Virus record (IMG/VR): IMGVR_UViG_3300021431_000095
Location: 31,607 to 95,606 of that record
Source: a virus
Lineage: Duplodnaviria; Caudoviricetes
DNA: 64,000 nucleotides
Reading direction: 5' to 3' (one strand)
Shown here one piece after another: positions 9,462 to 18,554 of this stretch. Both the position numbers and the translations under genes were made by a program. The notes below the pieces were generated by a model that searched no databases, was not told where the DNA came from, and saw only the letters and a list, made by a program, of their open reading frames with translations. How positions within the stretch are numbered: position 1 is the first letter of the stretch; the number at the start of each line of letters is the position of its first letter.

Positions 9462-11137
9462 AGATAACGAAACTTGAATTTAAGAACATATTCTCGTATG
9501 GAGACGAGACCACAACTATAGAGTTCGGAAACGATCCGAAACTTTGGCAGCTTTCCGGAAAATCAGGTTCCGGTAAGAGCAGCCTTCTATCCATACCTAA
9601 ACTTCTTCTGTTCGGAAAGACCGAGGGAAGCGGAGGCAAACCAGTGAAAGTCGCAAACATCGCCAATTGGATCAACAAAAAAGGTTGGATCCGTGGTACA
9701 ATCGAGAAAGGGAACGACCATTACATCATTGAGAGAACCTTCGCCCCCTCGGGGCTTACCGTTATCAAGAATGGTGTCATTCTCGACAAGGCTGGTATAG
9801 CGAACCTGCAGGCTGTTATAGACAATGAGATTCTCGACGGTATGCCTTACCATATATTCGCGAATGTGATGACTCTGTCACTTAACAATTTCAAGTCGTT
9901 CATCTCGATGACACCAGCAGATAAGAGACTCATTATAGATAAGATATTCTCTCTTGAGATTATAAACAAGGTGCATGAGCTCGTCAAGACTGATATGAAG
10001 GATCTCGGAAACGCTATAAATTCAAGCAACAGCCAGATATACGCTCTGGAGCAGACGATACAGACATCACAGGCTGAGCTCGACGCTATGAACTCTGGCG
10101 GAGAGTCTGTCGCTGTGGCAAAGATGGAGGAACTGAGCGGAAAGTTACAGAAGGTTCAGGAACTCTATACACAGCAGTCTACTCTTTATTCGACATATTA
10201 TGCAAAGTACAACGAATTGCAGCAGACAGAGAATCTTCTGAATGGACAAGTGTTCCAGAAGGGAATCGAAGCTGGAAACGTCCTGCAGAAAATAAACCTG
10301 TTCAATCAAGACAAATGCCCCACTTGTGGCACACCGTTCAATTCAGCGGAGTTTGTTGAATTGAAAGACAGACTTACAAATCAATACAACTCGCTGCTTG
10401 AAGAGAAGAGTGAACTGGAATCAAAAAAAGAAGAGATTGCGCTGGCGAAGAATGAATATGTTTCTAGTCTAAACACAATACAGGAGAACATAAACAAGAT
10501 ATATGCTAAACAAAGCGAGCTTATGGTTCAGTACAAGTCGATAGAGGCTGTGCAGAAAGCTGTGAACGAGTCGGTTTCCATAAAGAACATCATAAAGAGT
10601 ACAGAGGAGAGCAAGAAGAAACTTGAGGACAACATAAGGGAATCCGACGAGAAGATGAAGCTTCTCAACATCATGGAGGAGATGTATTCAGCCGACGGAA
10701 TCAAGCAGATTATGATGAGCAACTATATCCCTACTTTGAATAAGGAGATAAACGAGACCCTCTCGTTCCTTGGTTTCCCGTATACACTTACATTCGATAA
10801 CAACTTCAACGCCTCACTGCAGCATATGAACAAGGAGATTGAGACGGACAACCTTTCAACAGGTGAACACAAGAAAGTGGATATCGCTGTCCTTTGCTCC
10901 ATCCTGAAGATGGTCAAGCGTAAGTATCCGCAAATCAATCTCGTGTTTCTTGACGAGACGGTTTCTTCACTTGACTACGAAAGCTCAACTGACATTATAA
11001 GGCACCTGAAGGACATATCGAAGAAAATGGGACTTAACATATTCATCGTTAGCCACACCATGCTTGAGGAGACATTATTTGATGTTCATCTCAATGTAGA
11101 GAAGAAATACGGTTATTCTTTCCTTTCGGTCGTCTAA
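9458..11137 (+). CDS. recombination ATPase subunit (gp46/Rad50/SbcC-like)
   Basis: Walker A GKSGSGKS, coiled coil with CPTC zinc hook, LSTGE signature, FLDE, IVSH. Confidence 0.92.
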   Translation: MKITKLEFKNIFSYGDETTTIEFGNDPKLWQLSGKSGSGKSSLLSIPKLLLFGKTEGSGGKPVKVANIANWINKKGWIRGTIEKGNDHYIIERTFAPSGLTVIKNGVILDKAGIANLQAVIDNEILDGMPYHIFANVMTLSLNNFKSFISMTPADKRLIIDKIFSLEIINKVHELVKTDMKDLGNAINSSNSQIYALEQTIQTSQAELDAMNSGGESVAVAKMEELSGKLQKVQELYTQQSTLYSTYYAKYNELQQTENLLNGQVFQKGIEAGNVLQKINLFNQDKCPTCGTPFNSAEFVELKDRLTNQYNSLLEEKSELESKKEEIALAKNEYVSSLNTIQENINKIYAKQSELMVQYKSIEAVQKAVNESVSIKNIIKSTEESKKKLEDNIRESDEKMKLLNIMEEMYSADGIKQIMMSNYIPTLNKEINETLSFLGFPYTLTFDNNFNASLQHMNKEIETDNLSTGEHKKVDIAVLCSILKMVKRKYPQINLVFLDETVSSLDYESSTDIIRHLKDISKKMGLNIFIVSHTMLEETLFDVHLNVEKKYGYSFLSVV

Positions 11138-11152
11138 ACTAAATTCATTGAG

Positions 11153-12211
11153 ATGAGAAGCATTTTTGATCTTACAGATAAAGAGATAGAGAAATACAAG
11201 GAAACCCCTCTTGAAGTGTATGAGAAACTCGATATGATCTATTTCAAGGTTGACGTTTCTGAAGACGGATGGTCTGTCTTCAACTCGAAAGGAAGGGAGA
11301 TAGGTGATGTTGATATAATAGTGAATTCCATATATGGCGACATTATGGATTTCGCGGCATCCGCAGCAAGAGGTCTGTTCGACGGTTTCGGAAAGATGAA
11401 GATCGGATTCTTCTATCTTCCTGTGCAGAAGACAAGAACAATAACATATGAAATGAACGCAGAATGTTTCATTTTGTCTGATTATTACACGGCTGACAAG
11501 ACGAAAAGGGACGACAGCAAACTTATATCGATGCTTTCGGAGTCTCTTAAGGGAAGACATGTTATTCTTACAGGAAGTTACGGAAAGATAGGACCGTACA
11601 TAAGTTCTGTTACTCTCGGTAATTGGTTTGAACGTGGCATGGGATCGATTGAATGTGCTAGCAGGATAATGCGAGACATGGGTGTACACGAGACATTTTC
11701 TGGAAACGAGCTTACTGATATAGAAGGACTTGTGTTAAGAGACGGTTCAAAGACATATGAAGTTGCGATCAACAACACAAAATCTTACATAGAACCGTCG
11801 TCGAAACTTATTTACAGGGACACTTTCCTTGAGAGTTTCATTCACACCCTGCAGAAGGGAACCCGTGAGACGATACTGATGTCAAAGAAGGATTATGTCG
11901 GAAAGATATGTGACCTGTTCATCGAGTATATGAACAAGACTGACTTCTTCAACACAATGTGGTTCGAGGAGGAGGATTTGCTTCCCCCTGTCGAAGGATA
12001 CATTGGTGATGTCACATATTCCATGCTTCCTCCTATAGTCTCTGTGATATGCAAGAAGAATCCTGTCTACAAGAATGCACTCAGGACTCTGCTTGTGACT
12101 TTCAACTCAAATGTCTATTCGAACAAATTTAAGAGATTCAAGCCTGAGGAAAGGGCTGTTTTGATGGAGATTCTTGTGAAATCACATCTGTCAGAAATAA
12201 GAAATAAATAA
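11153..12211 (+). CDS. hypothetical protein, possibly divergent ATP-dependent ligase/nucleotidyltransferase fold
   Basis: YEKLDM resembles motif I (KxDG); IEGLVLR resembles motif IV. Confidence 0.4.
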   Translation: MRSIFDLTDKEIEKYKETPLEVYEKLDMIYFKVDVSEDGWSVFNSKGREIGDVDIIVNSIYGDIMDFAASAARGLFDGFGKMKIGFFYLPVQKTRTITYEMNAECFILSDYYTADKTKRDDSKLISMLSESLKGRHVILTGSYGKIGPYISSVTLGNWFERGMGSIECASRIMRDMGVHETFSGNELTDIEGLVLRDGSKTYEVAINNTKSYIEPSSKLIYRDTFLESFIHTLQKGTRETILMSKKDYVGKICDLFIEYMNKTDFFNTMWFEEEDLLPPVEGYIGDVTYSMLPPIVSVICKKNPVYKNALRTLLVTFNSNVYSNKFKRFKPEERAVLMEILVKSHLSEIRNK

Positions 12212-12225
12212 ATTTAAGGTTTTTC

Positions 12226-12254
12226 TAATCGTTTTGGAAAAACTGACGTATAAT
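12226..12254 (+). promoter_or_regulatory. putative phage middle promoter TAATCG-N17-TATAAT
   Basis: Copy upstream of the gp32-like gene. Confidence 0.7.
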
Positions 12255-12306
12255 TTATAGAAACAATAAAAAAACAAAATTCACAAAAGTAACAAAAATT
12301 AAAAAA

Positions 12307-13563
12307 ATGAGCAACAACACAATTAACGATCTATTCAATCCAACAGGAGCAGTAGAAACAGAACAAAAGAACACAGACGTTTACAAAGTATCATTCAAAG
12401 AAGGTCCGAACAAAATATATACTTCGGTCATCCGTTTTGTTCCTTGGCACGCTAACCCGTCCAAGAACATCATGAAGAAGTATACTTCATGGGTGAAGAA
12501 CCCAATGACCCAGAAGGGTATGTACGTAGATGATCCACGCGAGATTGGTCAACCTTCGCCTGTTGTGGATCTGTTTTTCGAACTGAAGAACACCAAGATT
12601 CCCACCTACGAGGATTATGCAAAGAATTATCTTTCGTCCAAGCTGAACTATTCGGCTCTCGTACAGATCATTAATGACCCACAGCATCCCAACCTCAATG
12701 GTCAGATTAAGGTCTTCACTTTCGGTAAGACCATCTGGGAGAAACTCCATCAGGAGGAATTCCCTGTGGTTCCCGGTCAGGTCGGCATCAACCCGTTCGA
12801 TCCATTCAGAGGCAGATATTTCTCCATTTACTGCACCGAGAAGTCAGGTTACAACAACTTCGACAACTCGCAGTTCTTCGACAACAAGGACGCTGCAGGA
12901 AACATTCTCCCCTCTGGTATCTGGTACACCAACCCCGAAACTGGTCAGATGGAGTATGCACAGGACGGCATGAACCGCCAGTACCTTGTCGACTACCTCG
13001 TGAAGAACTCACCAGATCTCGGCAAGTACGACTTCCAGCCTTGGAACGACAGCCAGACTCAGCATGTCAATGAAGTATGCACCATGATCCGCAACTTCAT
13101 GTCGACTGGTAGACTCGAAAGTCCTAACACGAGCGTGCAGCAGAATGCCATGAATGTTCTCCAGACTCCTACACAGCAACCCGTTGTGTTCCCTGGAGCG
13201 GCATATCAACCAACACCTGCACCTGCACCAGCAGCACAGCCGTCACCTGTACCTAATCCTCCTATGGGTGGATTTGCACCGATGACTCCCGCAGCACCTG
13301 CAGCACCTGCAGCACCTGCTGCTCCAGCTGCCCCCGTGACACCAACCGTTCCTGTGACACCGATGACTCCTGCAGCACCCGCTGCTCCTGTGCAGCCACA
13401 GTCTCCTGTTGGAGGTTTCGTCCCGACACCAGCCCCTGCAGCACCAGTTGCGACGGCAACCGTGACACCTCCACAGGTAACACCCGCTGCTCCAGCAGCA
13501 CAGCCGCAACCAAACACGGCTGCAGCTGGTATCAACATGGACGACATCCTCAATCAACTCTAA
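12307..13563 (+). CDS. single-stranded DNA-binding protein (T4 gp32-like)
   Basis: SVIRFVP, IINDPQHPNLNGQIKVFTFGKTI, NPFDP, GYNNFDNSQF; C-terminal MDDILNQL tip; long Pro/Ala-rich linker. Confidence 0.88.
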   Translation: MSNNTINDLFNPTGAVETEQKNTDVYKVSFKEGPNKIYTSVIRFVPWHANPSKNIMKKYTSWVKNPMTQKGMYVDDPREIGQPSPVVDLFFELKNTKIPTYEDYAKNYLSSKLNYSALVQIINDPQHPNLNGQIKVFTFGKTIWEKLHQEEFPVVPGQVGINPFDPFRGRYFSIYCTEKSGYNNFDNSQFFDNKDAAGNILPSGIWYTNPETGQMEYAQDGMNRQYLVDYLVKNSPDLGKYDFQPWNDSQTQHVNEVCTMIRNFMSTGRLESPNTSVQQNAMNVLQTPTQQPVVFPGAAYQPTPAPAPAAQPSPVPNPPMGGFAPMTPAAPAAPAAPAAPAAPVTPTVPVTPMTPAAPAAPVQPQSPVGGFVPTPAPAAPVATATVTPPQVTPAAPAAQPQPNTAAAGINMDDILNQL

Positions 13564-13580
13564 CCAAGAGTAGGTTGAAA

Positions 13581-13619
13581 AAGAAAACGAGGCTTAAATC
13601 AAGCCTCGTTTTTTCTTTT
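13581..13619. terminator. bidirectional intrinsic terminator
   Basis: AAAACGAGGCTT-loop-AAGCCTCGTTTT between convergent genes. Confidence 0.8.
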
Positions 13620-15803
13620 GTTGGATGTCGGATCTAGTTTCATTTTTTTCCTCAATGCTCTGATTGTTTCCATGTCGCTAGCAACTCCGACTGACAGATT
13701 GTAACAGTCTCTGTCTATCTGCTCTATCTGCTCGTTGATTTTGTTTATAGCCTCGTCGTTCGCTTTTATCAGCCCAATAACAGTTTCCTTTATAGGAATC
13801 ATTCCTGCGCTTATTACCAGACCAGACACTTTCTTCAACATGTCCACAGCGAGGTTTATCGGTGGGATTATACAAGCTGGCATGTCACCGACATTCACGA
13901 AATATATCATCGGTAACGGGCATATCCCACAAATACCAAGACCTATTACTGTTATCACCCTTCCAGGGATAACCACTATAGGTATGAATATTATTGGAAG
14001 AGTTATCGGTCCTGTTGGAGGTGGTACGCCTGTGCTCCAGTACATCGGTAGCATACAATTCACCAGAGTAGCAATCGTGCAGTATCTCAGCCAGTACATG
14101 TAGGATGTTATCCCATGCTTCGTCTTCACGGAATCTTCAGGCAGATCCCCCACAGACGAATCGGCTTCAATCTGTTCTTCGTTGGTCTTAGGTTCCTCTA
14201 TGTAGAAAAAATCGTGCGGGACACCGTCTTTTTGTATTGTTGTTGGGGACGGCCACTCCACCTGTCTGAACCTGTCGAATATGCTTCCAGAGTCTATTCC
14301 CTGATAGTTCTGCATGTACCAGTTTACAGCCCTGTCGGAAAGTTCTTTCAGTATCATAGCTTCGTTGTTCGTCAAGTCCCTCAACGCTCCTAGATACTTC
14401 TTCAACGGTTCGTTGTATGCGAGAAGTTCTGGATCGGTAGTAACCGATGAATAGTCCCCTATGTCGACAAACATGGCTTCAAGTGTGTTCTTTATTATGA
14501 AGGTTTGCTCCAAGTCTTCCTGTGAGATGTACTTTCCATAATAGTCTGCCGAATTCGATCCGACTTCTATTTTCCTCAGGTTTACGAAGTAGAGTGAAAT
14601 CTTCTTGAGTTTGTCGAGGAGTTCCTTGTTGGCTTTCTCTGAACTTGAGTCTTCAATCTCACCCATGTTCATCAGTGTCTGGGTGTCTATGTTTTTGTAT
14701 TTCTCCTCTGTTGAGGCTGGAGCTTGGTAGTGTGTGAGGTTTTTCAAGTAGTCTAGAACTTTCGAGTACAGAGTAACCCTGTTCTCGTCGTTCATTGCAG
14801 CCTGTATCAAGTCGTTGTCGTCATCTGTGAAGAAATCGTATTGGAATATCTGCTTGATTGCAGTGTAATAGTTTCTGTTGTGTGATTGCCAGTATATCCC
14901 TATCGTCTGGTTGCACAGAGTGTTGAAGTTTGAAATCAAGCCTTCTATGTTGGATCCGTTCAGTTCAAGTTTGCTCCTTACCTTCAGGAAGTTGTTTATG
15001 TTGTAGAACAGTTCAACTACATATGGGTTGTTGTCGTCGTACACGAAATCCTCGCTTGTGATGTATTCCATGTACATGTCATAAAGCATGTAGTCAGACA
15101 CTTTCCCTTTTGTGTATCCGTATGATGCTATGTTCCTGTACTGATTTATTATCCTGTTGAAGGCTACGATTCTTGCATTGTCAATCTGTATCTTCAGACC
15201 GAGAAGGTTGTCGTTCTCGCAGTAAGTCTGGACATTGCTTTTCTTGCATATCCTCTTGACATCATCCTCATAGTCCTCGTTTATATCGTCGGCATCGTCG
15301 ATGTAGTCCTCGACGATGTCCTCTGTGTCTTTGACTCCGTATGTGGCTGAGTGTGTGGCGATGTCTGCGAACCTGAACCTAAGGAGATACCCTTTTATGA
15401 AGGATGTCACATACTGATTTTCCTTCAATATGTCGTTCACCTCGTCGAAATCTGTCTTTTCATTGAGGTTGCTTTCATCGAGGTTGATGTCATATGCGCT
15501 TGAATCAATATCATAGTCCCCTATGATGTACCTGTCAGTTTTAGCTGTGATTGTTCCGTTCAATTGCGATTTGACGACAATTCCCCTCATATATGCGATA
15601 GGATCGTCTACGCTTATGTGCTGCCCTGGTGTAGCAAGAATCTCTGTCTGGGTTGAACCGAATTCGACGACAAAGTGAGTGCTGTCACCGTTGAAGCATG
15701 CGGCGTTTTCATCAAGATAGCTTGTGTCGGTGTTCACTTCAGGTGGGCACATCGACACCTTGCACAGTTGCATTATATTGTCTAGTTGTTCAGTTGGTGA
15801 CAT
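13599..15803 (-). CDS. hypothetical, probable virion/baseplate protein
   Basis: 734 aa; lipoyl-like hybrid motif near N-terminus, hydrophobic Pro-rich segment and coiled coil near C-terminus; in a late operon with a peptidase. Confidence 0.55.
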   Translation of the reverse strand: MSPTEQLDNIMQLCKVSMCPPEVNTDTSYLDENAACFNGDSTHFVVEFGSTQTEILATPGQHISVDDPIAYMRGIVVKSQLNGTITAKTDRYIIGDYDIDSSAYDINLDESNLNEKTDFDEVNDILKENQYVTSFIKGYLLRFRFADIATHSATYGVKDTEDIVEDYIDDADDINEDYEDDVKRICKKSNVQTYCENDNLLGLKIQIDNARIVAFNRIINQYRNIASYGYTKGKVSDYMLYDMYMEYITSEDFVYDDNNPYVVELFYNINNFLKVRSKLELNGSNIEGLISNFNTLCNQTIGIYWQSHNRNYYTAIKQIFQYDFFTDDDNDLIQAAMNDENRVTLYSKVLDYLKNLTHYQAPASTEEKYKNIDTQTLMNMGEIEDSSSEKANKELLDKLKKISLYFVNLRKIEVGSNSADYYGKYISQEDLEQTFIIKNTLEAMFVDIGDYSSVTTDPELLAYNEPLKKYLGALRDLTNNEAMILKELSDRAVNWYMQNYQGIDSGSIFDRFRQVEWPSPTTIQKDGVPHDFFYIEEPKTNEEQIEADSSVGDLPEDSVKTKHGITSYMYWLRYCTIATLVNCMLPMYWSTGVPPPTGPITLPIIFIPIVVIPGRVITVIGLGICGICPLPMIYFVNVGDMPACIIPPINLAVDMLKKVSGLVISAGMIPIKETVIGLIKANDEAINKINEQIEQIDRDCYNLSVGVASDMETIRALRKKMKLDPTSNKRKNEA

Positions 15804-16352
15804 TTACAATGAGAATCCGTTTTCTTTTGCGTTGCATAGCTGTAGGACTATGCTTTTCTGGAGTTGTTTTGTGGCATCTTCCTGAAACGATGGATCGTCA
15901 AGCGGGTTGTTTACGGGTTCCGCACATTCCGAATCCTTTTTCTCGAAATCCCTCTGTGCAAGAAGTGTCGCTGCGAGGGCACCGACAAGAGGAAGTAGTG
16001 TTGTAAGGAAAGCACTGAAGTCAAACCCAGACTTGTCTGGAAGTTTTACATCCTTCAGGCTGCTGAGTTTCCTTATCACTCTTTCCCACTCTTCTTTCGT
16101 TGTATTTTTCAAGTTTTTCATAGCGGATATTAAATCCATCAATGCATTCTGCTGTAGTATCTTGGTGAAGATTCTTTTTTCTATGGGTGACATCTTCTGT
16201 ATCCTTGAATACAGCTTCACTTTGTCCGATGTCGGATCAGCGTCGAGTTTCTCCGCGAGTTCCTCGCTTGGATCCACCGTCGGATACACATCCTGTTCTA
16301 CCTCAAAGACATCATATTCAGCCCAGTCCCCGTAATTTATTATATCAGCCAT
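15804..16352 (-). CDS. hypothetical protein with one hydrophobic helix
   Basis: 182-aa ORF abutting its neighbours; FLTTLLPLVGALAATLLA. Confidence 0.65.
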   Translation of the reverse strand: MADIINYGDWAEYDVFEVEQDVYPTVDPSEELAEKLDADPTSDKVKLYSRIQKMSPIEKRIFTKILQQNALMDLISAMKNLKNTTKEEWERVIRKLSSLKDVKLPDKSGFDFSAFLTTLLPLVGALAATLLAQRDFEKKDSECAEPVNNPLDDPSFQEDATKQLQKSIVLQLCNAKENGFSL

Positions 16353-16355
16353 CGA

Positions 16356-17813
16356 TTAACTCCCGTTTGCTTTTGAGAAATGCATGAAGTCTCCGTATCT
16401 TCCTCCCCACCCCCATTCATAGTTTCTGAATATCTTAACAACAGGATGATCGTTTGTCCATATGCACGTGCTTGGATTGTAGTTCTTTCCTTTCCAAGTT
16501 ACAGGTGCGTACTCGAACGGTCTTTTCTGTGACGCGGTGTATGGATTGGTAGAAGGATTTATGTCCAATGCACACCCGAAAGAGTGCATGGACAATGTCG
16601 GCTTGTCTGTTCCGTCGGGGTACTGTGCATGCCTGTACTTGTAGCCACCTGCGAATGTAACATTGAAGCCCGCGTTGTACATATCTCTGAATATTGATTG
16701 TATCTCTGCAGCGAGATCCCTGTGGACAGTCAGTCTTTTTTCTCCTGACATTGTCTGTACCTTTATCGTGACCATCAGTGAATCACAATATGACTTTGAG
16801 TCTGTCCCTGTGAATCCCAAGGCGCGGATCACTTCCGACTTGTTTCCTCCGCTTATCGTTTTTCCTGTATAAGTCTCTCCTGTGTTCTCGTCCGTATAAG
16901 TTTCGTCGCTTCCGTTATATTGAAGTGCCTCGGCAAGCACAGGTGGTTCGTAATCGACTACGTCGAATAGATAGAAATCTTCTGAATGTGTTTTAAGATA
17001 CTCTTCTCTTTCAGCGTCGAGTTCCCTGAAATATTCATATGTGTCATCGAAACTATCCTCAACTGGGCTGAATGACAATCCCGTCGCTTCCTGTTGTGCA
17101 TTGGCTACAGCTGTTGTGACAGAGGATATATTGTCCTTTCCAAGTTTTATATAATAGTTTGCCAGTTCAGCTGGGCTTGGAAGTCCGTTGATTCTAGATA
17201 TCGCAACCTTTGTTGCTTTTATTATGTTATTGACAAAATTACATGGATCTGTGGCGAGAGTCGGAATGGCTGTTTCAATCAGTGGAGGAATCAAATCAAA
17301 TTCGAGGGTGAACTGAGTGTCAAGTTTCGATATTGAGTTGTTTACATCGTTCATCCCACTTTTCATTTTGTCTGTAGACATTTCAATTCCATTGTTCTTC
17401 TTGTATTCGACTACAGCCTCGTCCCATGCCTCCCTTTCCCTCGGGAGCTCGAAATCCTTACCCCATCCAGTCCCTTCCTTTATGAGTTTTCCGTTGTAGT
17501 ATTCCTTGTACACAAAAGCGTATCTCGAATCCATTCCAGTTATCTCGAACCGTATGTCAAGTGAGTGACTTGCAAGATTCTCGTTGTGCGCATCTATATA
17601 GTCATAAAGTGCGTGCCTCACATCATCTATGTCTGACATCGGTATGTCTGTCAACCCCCTCTCTATCCTGACAATGGAAACCTCTCCGTCGAACACAAGT
17701 TTGTCGTTCTCGTACTTCTTCAGGTTGAACGATATTGTGTCGGAATAGTATACCACGGAAAGACTGTCTTCAATCCATTGACAGAATATTTCAAACGTGA
17801 CGTTATTTGCCAT
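16356..17813 (-). CDS. peptidoglycan peptidase (C-terminal M15 domain), likely virion-associated
   Basis: SMHSFGCALDINP and WGWGGRYGDFMHF motifs; long non-catalytic N-terminus. Confidence 0.85.
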   Translation of the reverse strand: MANNVTFEIFCQWIEDSLSVVYYSDTISFNLKKYENDKLVFDGEVSIVRIERGLTDIPMSDIDDVRHALYDYIDAHNENLASHSLDIRFEITGMDSRYAFVYKEYYNGKLIKEGTGWGKDFELPREREAWDEAVVEYKKNNGIEMSTDKMKSGMNDVNNSISKLDTQFTLEFDLIPPLIETAIPTLATDPCNFVNNIIKATKVAISRINGLPSPAELANYYIKLGKDNISSVTTAVANAQQEATGLSFSPVEDSFDDTYEYFRELDAEREEYLKTHSEDFYLFDVVDYEPPVLAEALQYNGSDETYTDENTGETYTGKTISGGNKSEVIRALGFTGTDSKSYCDSLMVTIKVQTMSGEKRLTVHRDLAAEIQSIFRDMYNAGFNVTFAGGYKYRHAQYPDGTDKPTLSMHSFGCALDINPSTNPYTASQKRPFEYAPVTWKGKNYNPSTCIWTNDHPVVKIFRNYEWGWGGRYGDFMHFSKANGS

Positions 17814-18465
17814 CTAGTTTTTCCTTTTCTATTGTTGTTTTCAGACACCAGTATGAGTCCGCTATGTCGTCGGAGCACATTACATATGCTGTTTTCTTCT
17901 TCAGGAGCTCAGGTTTTGTCCTTATGATATCTATGAACGGATGAATGTTCTCCGGTTCTTTTCCGAGAGAATTTATCATATCATCCTTGCCCATCCCTTT
18001 CTTTGAGCAACCTGCGGTCTTTTTCAAAGTAATCGGGGAATATGTCCTGAAGTTTTTGAACCCAGCTTCAATCAAATGATACATTAATATATATTTGTAC
18101 CCTGACAAATCGAGGGTTGCATCGCCTTTTGCTGAGAAGGCGAACGCCTCGTTAGATATGATGATATCATCATAAGGAACATCTGGAGCGTTTTCCTTCA
18201 GGAGTTCCTTTATCTTTTCCGTTATTCTTTTTGATAGGTCTGTCGATCTCCTTATATGCTCCAGTATGAGTTCATGGTCGTTGTATTCTCCGTCCTTCAT
18301 CTTTGGAAGTCCCCTGTCGACAACATTTATCCCACAGCTTGACAGAATCTCATATGACTTGGCATCTATAGAGGAAGCCCATACATAGAACGATAGTTTT
18401 CCGTCAATCAGTGCAGCCATTGCAGGCTTGTTCATCGAGAAATCAAAAGCGAATATCGGTTTCAA
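17803..18465 (-). CDS. RuvC-like Holliday junction resolvase
   Basis: AFDFS (D), ISNEAF (E), PITLKKTAG...KDDM, DDIADS motifs. Confidence 0.75.
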   Translation of the reverse strand: MKPIFAFDFSMNKPAMAALIDGKLSFYVWASSIDAKSYEILSSCGINVVDRGLPKMKDGEYNDHELILEHIRRSTDLSKRITEKIKELLKENAPDVPYDDIIISNEAFAFSAKGDATLDLSGYKYILMYHLIEAGFKNFRTYSPITLKKTAGCSKKGMGKDDMINSLGKEPENIHPFIDIIRTKPELLKKKTAYVMCSDDIADSYWCLKTTIEKEKLDGK

Positions 18466-18485
18466 TGCAGTTGATATAATTTCAA

Positions 18486-18530
18486 TATTTATTTTTTGTG
18501 AAATGCATCGTTCAAATTTAACGATAAATA
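18486..18530. promoter_or_regulatory. divergent pair of late-type promoters (ATAAATA)
   Basis: TATTTAT at 18486-18492 (minus strand) and ATAAATA at 18524-18530 (plus strand); resembles T4 late TATAAATA. Confidence 0.6.
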
Positions 18531-18554
18531 CAAAAACGAAATTTTTCTTTTTAG

